64,000 nt of DNA, taken from Thermodesulfobacteriota bacterium (GTDB lineage: Bacteria > Desulfobacterota_D > UBA1144 > Nemesobacterales > Mycalebacteriaceae). The stretch is from the NCBI GenBank assembly GCA_965226585.1, contig OZ245366.1, forward strand, positions 768,001 to 832,000, in the 5' to 3' direction. Positions within the stretch are counted from its first letter, which is position 1. Every line of letters starts with the position of its first letter. Under the pieces are notes generated by a model. That model had not been told where the DNA came from and ran no database searches. It saw only the letters and a list, made by a program, of their open reading frames with translations. This document shows, one piece after another, positions 40,088 through 47,901 of the stretch. The position numbers and the translations under genes were made by a program.

Positions 40088-40107
40088 ACAGTTCCAATTA
40101 TAACTGT
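40088..40107 (-). promoter_or_regulatory. Inverted repeat around a -10 box (candidate TA operator)
   Basis: ACAGTT-N8-AACTGT around minus-strand TATAAT (40102-40097), just upstream of ATG 40086. Confidence 0.45.
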
Positions 40108-40215
40108 TCTTTGCTATTGGGAAACTTGGGGTAATTGATTATTGTGTCAAGGTAACTAGCCCTTGTACACAAGTAGAAAGATAAAAAAAGAAACAGTAAA
40201 GAGGAAAAAAGAACC

Positions 40216-40752
40216 ATGAAGAAAAAGATTTTCATTGCAGTAGCGATAGCAATAGTCGCAATCTCCAGCGTGCTCATATACGGAGAAAGCACAGCACGGT
40301 ATAGAGAGCGAGCAGTACATGACGCGAAGCAAGATTATGTTAGAGAGCGAGCAGTATATGATGACGCGAAGCAAGCTTATGTAGACTTTGAAACAAGCAG
40401 AAGGAGACGTTACGTAATATTCAACGAGGAGAGGTCAAGATTAGTAAGGAACCTTATACACGAACGCTACGGGGTAGTTCTTCCTGAACTATCCGAAACG
40501 GAAAGTGATGCGCTGGGAGAAGTAGTTATTTCGCGGGGGTGGGTAAACATCAACACTCTAATATCCCCTGGAAGCATATACAAAAAGCAAATAGAAAAAG
40601 TAAATGAAGTGGTAAAAGCAAGGTTGTGGAGTGAATATGAACGGGAACAGGAAATGAAGACGAAACTATTGCATGAGTCAGGACTGTTGCGAGCAGCTGC
40701 AGAATGTTTATCAGAGGGGTATAAAGTCGGCAAAGATCTCTGTTTCAGATGA
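40216..40752 (+). CDS. Hypothetical secreted or membrane-anchored protein
   Basis: GAGG RBS, N-terminal hydrophobic helix, internal duplication RERAV(H/YD)DAKQ.YV, AT-rich. Confidence 0.6.
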   Translation: MKKKIFIAVAIAIVAISSVLIYGESTARYRERAVHDAKQDYVRERAVYDDAKQAYVDFETSRRRRYVIFNEERSRLVRNLIHERYGVVLPELSETESDALGEVVISRGWVNINTLISPGSIYKKQIEKVNEVVKARLWSEYEREQEMKTKLLHESGLLRAAAECLSEGYKVGKDLCFR

Positions 40753-40799
40753 GACTGGCGGAGCAAAAGAATAATAGAAATCTAGGCTTTAGTGACCTC

Positions 40800-41453
40800 T
40801 CACTTCAAAATCACTCCCGTCTTTTCGCTCCACAGAAGCAGGTCTATCTCGTCAATATCAAAGCCGTTCCGTTTTGCGTAGCGTTTCAGTTTGTTTTCAA
40901 TCTCAACATACATTTTTCCGTTTGCGGGCGGCGATGGGTCGTCAACGATTTTCAGTTCAAACAGGCAGTTCATTATGTGCTTGTCAAGAATGGCGTAGCC
41001 CGATATTCCTATGTTTCTCAGGAAATGGCTCGCCTCTTTGAACCCGATGCCTTTTATGTCGCGGTTTTCCGCGAAAAACGCGCGCCTCCGCGCCGGGTCT
41101 TTGAATGACAGTATCAGCCGCTTCATCTCCATCCCGTGGGTGCGGGCGATGTAGTTTCTCGTGTGCAGAAGATACCGCGCTCTCGCGTTCGGAAATCTGT
41201 GCGCGCCGTTTTTTATAATCAGGCGGGAAAATTGATTTGCCGATTTCGCCGTCATCATCACCGGGCGGACGGCTTCAACGGACTTAAGCCCCATCCGCGC
41301 GCTTGCCCCGGCGGTGAATATGCAGAACGCGAGTTCCTCAAACAGTTCGCCGTCATTGCCGCGCCGGATTACGGAACGGAATTCAGAGAGTTTTTCCCGT
41401 ATTTCACGCCTCCGCGCGGAAAGCGATTTTTTAAGAATTTTTGTTGTCAGCAC
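40800..41453 (-). CDS. ogg: 8-oxoguanine N-glycosylase/AP lyase (Ogg2 type)
   Basis: ELAFCI.TA, HRFPN.RA, IKGIGFKEASHFLRN.G, AILD.HI, DLLLW...TG.ILK. Confidence 0.85.
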   Translation of the reverse strand: MLTTKILKKSLSARRREIREKLSEFRSVIRRGNDGELFEELAFCIFTAGASARMGLKSVEAVRPVMMTAKSANQFSRLIIKNGAHRFPNARARYLLHTRNYIARTHGMEMKRLILSFKDPARRRAFFAENRDIKGIGFKEASHFLRNIGISGYAILDKHIMNCLFELKIVDDPSPPANGKMYVEIENKLKRYAKRNGFDIDEIDLLLWSEKTGVILK

Positions 41454-41465
41454 GGTAAAAAGAGC

Positions 41466-41500
41466 AAAAAAAACCGGCGGCCCGATAAGCCGCCGGTTTT
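41466..41500 (-). terminator. Rho-independent terminator of the thiolase gene
   Basis: AAAACCGGCGGC-CCGATAA-GCCGCCGGTTTT hairpin with T8 on the minus strand. Confidence 0.85.
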
Positions 41501-41512
41501 AATTTGAAATCG

Positions 41513-42013
41513 TTAAGACTTCCTGGGTCTTCCCGGCCCGCGCCCGGCTTTTTTCACTCCGGAACCTTTGGGTCTTCCCCTTCCGCGCTTCGGAGCCGCG
41601 GCGGCGGAAACCGCCTTTTTGGGTCTTCCCGGTCCGCGCTTCGCCGTGGCTGTTCCCGAACCTTTGGGTCTTCCGGGCCCGCGTTTCGCCGTGGCTGTTC
41701 CGGAACCTTTGGGTCTTCCCGGCCCGCGTTTTGCCGCAGTTTTCACCCCAGAACCTTTAGGTCTTCCCCTTCCGCGCTTTGGAGCCGCCGGAGTTGTGGA
41801 AGCCGCTTTTTTGGGTCTTCCGGGTCCGCGCTTCGCCGTGGCTGTTCCCGAACCCTTGGGTCTTCCGGGCCCGCGTTTTGCCGCAGTTTTCACCCCAGAA
41901 CCTTTAGGTCTCCCTCTTCCGCGCTTCGGAGTTGCCGGAGTTGCGGAAGCCGCTTTTGCGGGTCTTCCTCTTCTGCGTCCCGAAGTTGAAGGAGCGGATG
42001 AAGTTGTGCCGCC
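41513..42013 (-). repeat. Coding tandem repeats (45-54 bp) encoding KRG(R/P)GRPK units
   Basis: Ten GRP cores, 4 RGRP and 6 PGRP, arranged as a higher-order repeat. Confidence 0.9.
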
Positions 42014-43201
42014 GATTTTCTCAACTATCATGGCGACTCCCATTCCGCCGCCGACGCACAGGGCGGCAAGCCCGCGTTTCGCGGAGCCTCTTTTTCTCAT
42101 CTCGTGAAGAAGTTTGACGAGGATAACCGTTCCGGACGCCCCAATCGGATGCCCCAGCGCTATCGCGCCGCCGTTCACGTTTATCTTGCTGTCCGGAATG
42201 GGCAGGTCGCTCAGAACCGCGAGCGACTGCGCCGCGAAAGCCTCGTTAAGCTCAAACAGGTCTATGTCTCCTATTGAGAGGTTTGCCTTGTCCAGCGCTT
42301 TTGTTATCGCCGGCACGGGGCCTATTCCCATTATTGACGGGTCAACCGCCGCGACCGCATATGACACAATTGACGCAAACGGCTTAAGCCCCATCTGGCG
42401 GGCTTTTGATTCCGAACTTACCAGAACGGCAGCCGCGCCGTCATTGATTCCCGAAGCGTTTCCGGCGGTTACAGTGCCGCCCATTTTGAATACCGGCCGC
42501 ATTCCCGCAAGCGCAGACTGCGTAACATCGGGGCGGGGGTGCTCGTCAACCCTGAACTCAATCGGGTCTTTCCTTCTCTGCGGAACCGAAACCGTAACGA
42601 CTTCATCGTTAAACCTTCCGGCTTTCATCGCCGCTTTTGTTTTCATCTGGCTGTTGTAGGCGAATTCGTCCTGCGCCTCTTTTGTCAGGTTGTAGGATTC
42701 GGCGAGATTTTCCGCCGTAACTCCCATGTGGTAGTTGTTGAAAATGTCCCACAGTCCGTCGTGAACCATTCCGTCTATCAGTTCGTCTTTGGGCATCGCC
42801 ATTCTGTATCCGTATCTGGCTTTTGTCAGATAAAACGGCGTCTGGCTCATGTTCTCTATTCCACCCGCGACCACAACCCCCGCGTCTTCGGCTTTTATCG
42901 CCTGCGCCGCGAATGCAACGCTCTGCAGACCCGAACCGCAAACCCTGTTTATCGTTATGCCGGGAATGTGGGTTCCAAGCCCCGACTTCACAGCGACCTG
43001 CCTTGAAGGGTTCTGCCCGAGGCTCGCGCCCAGCACGTTGCCCATTATGCAGTCGTCAACTTCTTTCGGGTCAATACCCGACCGGCTGACAATCTCGTTC
43101 ACCACTTTCACACCGAGGTCTACCGCCGGTATGTCTTTCAAAGTTCCGCCGAAGCCGCCGATGGCTGTTCTGACGGGATTGGAAATTACAACTTTTTCCA
43201 T
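41513..43201 (-). CDS. Acetyl-CoA C-acetyltransferase (thiolase) fused to a C-terminal AT-hook repeat tail
   Basis: AGGAGG RBS; NRVCGSG, ELNEAFA, GHPIGASG, LCVGGG; then about 166 aa with 10 GRP motifs. Confidence 0.9.
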   Translation of the reverse strand: MEKVVISNPVRTAIGGFGGTLKDIPAVDLGVKVVNEIVSRSGIDPKEVDDCIMGNVLGASLGQNPSRQVAVKSGLGTHIPGITINRVCGSGLQSVAFAAQAIKAEDAGVVVAGGIENMSQTPFYLTKARYGYRMAMPKDELIDGMVHDGLWDIFNNYHMGVTAENLAESYNLTKEAQDEFAYNSQMKTKAAMKAGRFNDEVVTVSVPQRRKDPIEFRVDEHPRPDVTQSALAGMRPVFKMGGTVTAGNASGINDGAAAVLVSSESKARQMGLKPFASIVSYAVAAVDPSIMGIGPVPAITKALDKANLSIGDIDLFELNEAFAAQSLAVLSDLPIPDSKINVNGGAIALGHPIGASGTVILVKLLHEMRKRGSAKRGLAALCVGGGMGVAMIVEKIGGTTSSAPSTSGRRRGRPAKAASATPATPKRGRGRPKGSGVKTAAKRGPGRPKGSGTATAKRGPGRPKKAASTTPAAPKRGRGRPKGSGVKTAAKRGPGRPKGSGTATAKRGPGRPKGSGTATAKRGPGRPKKAVSAAAAPKRGRGRPKGSGVKKAGRGPGRPRKS

Positions 43202-43360
43202 GTTTATTCCTCCTGTTGGAACGCGCAATTTATTGATAATTTACTTCTAAATTGCGACGCGCAAATTTACATAAAATTATTTAATAACGCAAAAACGGAG
43301 TTGGACGGAATTATAAAAAGCCGTATTCACGGTTAGTGTTAGCGGGGAAATTATCAGAGC

Positions 43361-44509
43361 ATGGCGAAAGCAGCGCAAAGAAAAAAACGGGGGCGGGGCG
43401 GAGTGAAAACTGTTGCAGTATTTTTCGGCGGCCGCTCCGCCGAGCATGAAATCTCAATCACCTCCGCCCGTTGCGTGCTTGAAAACATTGACCGTTCGCG
43501 CTTTTCCCCCGTTGCCGTGTTTGTTGACCCTCAGGGCGTTTGGAAAAAGGCGGATTTGCGGGCGATTGTCCGTTCGGGAGCTGTGCCGTCTGAAAACAGC
43601 CAGCCTCTTTTTCCCGTTCCCGGAAAGGGAGTTCTCTGCGAGATTAAAAACGGCGCGCTCTCAAGGCGCAAAATAGACGCCGCTTTTCCCGTCCTTCACG
43701 GAACGGACGGCGAAGACGGCGCGATGCAGGGGCTTTTTGAGATATGGGGCGTTCCGTACGCCGGAGCGCGAGTGCTTGGCTCCGCCGCCGCTTCAGACAA
43801 ACTCACCGCTAAGCGGCTTTTGCAAAACGCCTCTCTTCCGGTTGTTCCGTTTTCAGGGCTGAAAAAAAGCGACTGGGAAAAGAGCGGCGCGCACGCCGCA
43901 ACCGCCTCCGCACGCAAGACGGGTTTTCCGTGTTTTGTAAAACCTTCAAATCTCGGCTCAAGCATAGGCATCTTCAAAATCTCCGCGCCGGGGCAGGTAA
44001 CCGCCGCCGTCCGGAAAAGTTTTGAGTTCTCAGACACCGTTATTTTTGAAACCGCCGTGCCCGAAGCGAGGGAGATAGAGGTAAGCGTTCTGGGTCTTGA
44101 CGAGCCGCGCGCGTCTGTTCCGGGAGAGATAGTTCCCGAAGGTGATTTTTATGACTACGCCGCGAAATACGGCGGCGGGCAAAGCCGCCTTCTTGTGCCC
44201 GCGCCCCTTCCGGCGGACTTGAAAAAACGGATACGCGCTACGGCGCTTGACGCTTTTTCCGCTCTCAGTTGTAGCGCGATGGCGAGAGTGGATTTTCTTC
44301 TCAACCCGCAAACGGGAGAGTTTTTTGTGAGCGAGTTGAACACCATTCCGGGATTTACGCAGATAAGCATGTATCCGAAACTGTGGGAGGCGTCCGGGGT
44401 TTCATGCCGCGATTTGATAAGCGCGCTTATTGATTTCGCGTTTGAGTCTGAAGAGCGGAAAAAATCGCTCAAAACCGAATACCCCGGCGGCGGGGCTATT
44501 TCCCCATAA
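43361..44509 (+). CDS. ddl: D-alanine--D-alanine ligase
   Basis: FGGRSAEHEIS, LHG..GEDG, KP...GSS.G, FYDY.AKY, ELNTIPGFT. Confidence 0.95.
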   Translation: MAKAAQRKKRGRGGVKTVAVFFGGRSAEHEISITSARCVLENIDRSRFSPVAVFVDPQGVWKKADLRAIVRSGAVPSENSQPLFPVPGKGVLCEIKNGALSRRKIDAAFPVLHGTDGEDGAMQGLFEIWGVPYAGARVLGSAAASDKLTAKRLLQNASLPVVPFSGLKKSDWEKSGAHAATASARKTGFPCFVKPSNLGSSIGIFKISAPGQVTAAVRKSFEFSDTVIFETAVPEAREIEVSVLGLDEPRASVPGEIVPEGDFYDYAAKYGGGQSRLLVPAPLPADLKKRIRATALDAFSALSCSAMARVDFLLNPQTGEFFVSELNTIPGFTQISMYPKLWEASGVSCRDLISALIDFAFESEERKKSLKTEYPGGGAISP

Positions 44510-45476
44510 TTGTTTCTTCCCCTTTCGTGTCTCTGAAAATAACGAGAAAAACAACGCCCGCAAGTATGCAAACGCCGCCCAGCAGTTTTACGGTTGACGG
44601 AACGCTGTTGAAAAACGCGAGCGAAAGAAGAACCACAAACAGCGATTCAAGCGGCATAACCGCCGTGCTTCGCGAAAGATCCAGAAGTTTAATTGAATAA
44701 AACTGGCACGACTTTGCTATGTACGCGCCGCAAGTTCCTCCCGCTCCCATAAGGAGAATCTCGCGGAAGGTTGGGATTTCAATCGTTCCCGTTATCAGCA
44801 GATAAGACAGCAAAATGACCGAGACACCGAAAGTTCTGAGCGTTGCCACGGTCAGCATATTCAACTGCTTTTTCGCCGCCAGTTTTCTCACCCAGAACGC
44901 CACCATCGAGTAGCAAAGGGCGGAAACCAGAACCGCCGCCACTCCGAGCAGAAGGTAGCTGTCTTTGTGGTAGGCAACCACCACGCCGCCCGCTATTGTG
45001 AGCGTCATTCCGGCGGCTTCGCCCCTGTTGATTCTCTCCCGCAGAAAAATTATTCCGAACAGCAGGGAAAAAAGCGTTTGCGATTTCATGAGAAAAGAAG
45101 TTAGCGCGGGCCCGATTATCCACAGCGAGTTGACCCACAGAACAGCCCCGACCGAAGTGAATGCGGAAGTCAGCAGAAAAATGACGCCGTATTTCCTGAA
45201 CTGCCCCAGTTCCTTTCTCTGCGCGGGAATAAACATGGACAGAATAAAAGCCGCGACAAACGCCCCGAAAAACCAGAAAAACGTTGTTGTTTCAAGGTCA
45301 AGCCCGCTTCCTGCGGGATGCGCCGCAGAGTGCGTTCCCTCGTGCGCGCCGATGTCCAGATATTTTCCGATGATGTAGGACAGAGCCGTGAAAAAAGCGG
45401 TTCCGACTATCAGAACGTATCCTTTGAGAGGAAACCTGCCCGCCGATTTGGTTGAATCTGCGTTTGGAGTTTTCAA
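44496..45476 (-). CDS. EamA/DMT family transporter
   Basis: About 10 TM segments in two repeats, IFLRER motif. Confidence 0.8.
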   Translation of the reverse strand: MKTPNADSTKSAGRFPLKGYVLIVGTAFFTALSYIIGKYLDIGAHEGTHSAAHPAGSGLDLETTTFFWFFGAFVAAFILSMFIPAQRKELGQFRKYGVIFLLTSAFTSVGAVLWVNSLWIIGPALTSFLMKSQTLFSLLFGIIFLRERINRGEAAGMTLTIAGGVVVAYHKDSYLLLGVAAVLVSALCYSMVAFWVRKLAAKKQLNMLTVATLRTFGVSVILLSYLLITGTIEIPTFREILLMGAGGTCGAYIAKSCQFYSIKLLDLSRSTAVMPLESLFVVLLSLAFFNSVPSTVKLLGGVCILAGVVFLVIFRDTKGEETIMGK

Positions 45477-45889
45477 AATGCTGAGAGAGTTTTTGCGGCA
45501 AGGGCGAGTTTTTTGTAGCCCGCGCTTTTGATTGAAGCCACTATGTCAACAACCGTTCCGTGCGCAACATTTTCCTCGGCTTTTATAACCACGACCGCCG
45601 ATTTATCGGGAAGACTTTCAAGCGTTTCCCGCAAAAGTTTTTTTGAAACCTGCCTTTCGTTGAGAAATATTCTGCCGTTTGCGTAGATGGAGACGTTCAC
45701 CTTTTTTGATTGAACCTTGTCCACCTGCGAACTGACTTCCGGAACCTTTATCTGGATTCCCTTCACTGCGGGCGTGAAGTTCAGAGACAGCGCGAAAAAT
45801 ATGAGCAGGTTAAAAACAACATCCACCACGGGCGTGAGGTCGAGGTAGTTTGCAAAACCCCGTTTTTTCGAAAGCGGGCGCCGTTTCAT
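45473..45889 (-). CDS. exbD: ExbD/TolR family protein
   Basis: LTPVVDVVFNLLIFF single TM, IKAE.NV.HG.VV. Confidence 0.85.
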   Translation of the reverse strand: MKRRPLSKKRGFANYLDLTPVVDVVFNLLIFFALSLNFTPAVKGIQIKVPEVSSQVDKVQSKKVNVSIYANGRIFLNERQVSKKLLRETLESLPDKSAVVVIKAEENVAHGTVVDIVASIKSAGYKKLALAAKTLSAF

Positions 45890-46500
45890 TCCGCTCCGCC
45901 TGATGCTTTGAGGGATTTAACCACGTCTTCTGCGGACTGTTCAAGACTGAGAATCATGGCTTCGTATTTTCCGAGCAGGTATTTGTGCCCCACAAAAATC
46001 GGTATTGCAACGCAAAGCCCCATGGCGGTTGTGTAAAGGGCTTCGGATATTCCGCCCGCGAGAGACGCGGGATTTACGTCAACATTGAGGGATATGGCTC
46101 CGAATATTTTTATCATTCCCGATATGGTTCCGAGCAGACCCAGCAAAGTACTTACACTGCTTATCGCCCCCAGCATTTCAATGTGCGCGTAGAGGTCAAG
46201 AGATTCATTTTCCAGAGACCTGTCCACCAGATCCTCTCTTTCCCCGGTCGCGGAATCAATCGCCACAAGGGAGACACGCGCCACCGGAGAATTGTTTTCC
46301 TCGCACAGGGCTTTCGCTCCGTTCAGTTCGCCTTCTTTTGTGAGATGGAGTATCTGCCCGATGAATTTTGACGGAACAACTTTTTCGCCTCTCAGGAAAT
46401 ACATTTTTTCAATAAAAAGCGTAGTCCCTATGATAGAGCAGACGGCAATGGGGTAGAAGAAAATCCCTGTTTTATTCAATATTTCAATAATCGCGTCCAT
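45886..46500 (-). CDS. exbB: MotA/TolQ/ExbB proton channel protein
   Basis: LLGLLGTISGMI, LAGGISEALYTTAMGL.VAIP. Confidence 0.85.
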   Translation of the reverse strand: MDAIIEILNKTGIFFYPIAVCSIIGTTLFIEKMYFLRGEKVVPSKFIGQILHLTKEGELNGAKALCEENNSPVARVSLVAIDSATGEREDLVDRSLENESLDLYAHIEMLGAISSVSTLLGLLGTISGMIKIFGAISLNVDVNPASLAGGISEALYTTAMGLCVAIPIFVGHKYLLGKYEAMILSLEQSAEDVVKSLKASGGAE

Positions 46501-46514
46501 ATCAGTCTCCCCGG

Positions 46515-47795
46515 TCAGCGGGGGTCCGCCGCCGTTTCGCCTCTTATCATATCCTCAAAAGTCTCTCTGTTTTTCACCACACGGAAATCCGCGCCCTCAA
46601 CAAGCACTTCCGCCGCGCGCGGTCTTGTGTTGTAGTTTGACGACATCGTAAAGCAATATGCCCCCGCGCTCATGACGGCAAGCAGTTCGCCCGGGCTGAC
46701 GGGCGGAAAATCTCTGTCAGTTGCCAGAAAATCGCCCGATTCGCAAACGGGACCCACAATATCTGCTTTTTCAATTTTTCCGCCGGCCGCCTGTTTTACG
46801 GGAACAATCTCATGATGCGAGCCGTAAAAAGCCGGACGCACAAGGTCGTTCATTGCCGCGTCCACAATTACAAACTTTTTTTCGCTTCCGCGTTTTACAT
46901 ACATCGCTTTCGTGAGAAGCAACCCTGAGTTTGCCGCGAGCGACCGCCCCGGCTCAAGAACCGGTTTGCATCCCGCCCCGCCCATCAGTTTGCCGACCGC
47001 CGCCGCGAAATCTTCAAGCGGCGGAGGCGAGTCGTCTTCCCCGTAGCGAACACCGAAGCCGCCGCCGATGTCCATGTATTCAATCTCCACGCCTTTTTTC
47101 TCAAGTGTTGACAGAAGCTCCAGAAGGCGCGTTACGGAGTCCTCAAAAGATGAGATTTCAAATATCTGCGACCCTATGTGGGCGTCAATTCCCTTTATCT
47201 CCACGCCTTTCATTTTGAGAGCTTTTCCGTAGAGGTTTTCCGCTTCTTTTATGTCTATGCCAAACTTGCTCTTTTTGAAACCGGTTGATATGTAGGGGTG
47301 AGTTTTCGGGTCTATGTCGGGATTTACGCGCAGGGAAACGGGCGCTTTTTTGCCCATGCCGGCTGCTATGGAATCAATGGTTTTAAGTTCCTGAGCAGAT
47401 TCAACATTGAAAAACAGAATCCCTTTTTCAATGGCGAGTTTTATCTCCTCAGGGCTTTTACCGACTCCTGAGAAAACCGTTTTCGCAAGGTCTCCGCCCG
47501 CGGCTTCAACCCGTCCAATTTCGCCGCCCGAAACAACGTCAAAACCGGCTCCGAGCCCCGCAAACAACGAGAGAACGGAAAGGTTGGAGTTTGCCTTCAC
47601 GGAGTAGCAGATAAGGGGCGACAGTTCAGAAAACGCATTTTCGTAGGCGCGGTAGGAGTCTTCAAAAGCCTGTGAACTGTAAACATAGCAGGGCGTTCCC
47701 GCAGATTCGGCGACAGCGGAAAGCCGGGTCTGTTCAAGAAACAGTTCACCGTCTGAATACGAGGCGCCGTGAGTGGGAAGAAAGGGTTTGCTCAT
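46515..47795 (-). CDS. lysA: Diaminopimelate decarboxylase
   Basis: YSVKANS, DVVSGGE, HIGSQ, DIGGG, EPGR, GPVCESGD, SSNYN. Confidence 0.95.
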   Translation of the reverse strand: MSKPFLPTHGASYSDGELFLEQTRLSAVAESAGTPCYVYSSQAFEDSYRAYENAFSELSPLICYSVKANSNLSVLSLFAGLGAGFDVVSGGEIGRVEAAGGDLAKTVFSGVGKSPEEIKLAIEKGILFFNVESAQELKTIDSIAAGMGKKAPVSLRVNPDIDPKTHPYISTGFKKSKFGIDIKEAENLYGKALKMKGVEIKGIDAHIGSQIFEISSFEDSVTRLLELLSTLEKKGVEIEYMDIGGGFGVRYGEDDSPPPLEDFAAAVGKLMGGAGCKPVLEPGRSLAANSGLLLTKAMYVKRGSEKKFVIVDAAMNDLVRPAFYGSHHEIVPVKQAAGGKIEKADIVGPVCESGDFLATDRDFPPVSPGELLAVMSAGAYCFTMSSNYNTRPRAAEVLVEGADFRVVKNRETFEDMIRGETAADPR

Positions 47796-47901
47796 CTGGA
47801 TTTCCGGTGCGCGGGAAACTGTATTTTACATTAATAAGGGGCGCGGGAAAAGCCCGCGATTGCGCGCCACTTCACAATTCACCCTTCGGGGTTCATAATA
47901 G

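Noticed and set aside
41504..42107. Repetitive + strand ORFs (161 and 179 aa)
   Set aside because: Antisense shadows of the AT-hook repeat; RBS and terminator support the minus-strand gene
43361..43405. Basic terminal peptides (Ddl RKKRGRGG, GlnA KRTKK, GshB RKKRL) as nuclear localisation signals
   Set aside because: Short basic tails are common on cytoplasmic enzymes and there is no export evidence
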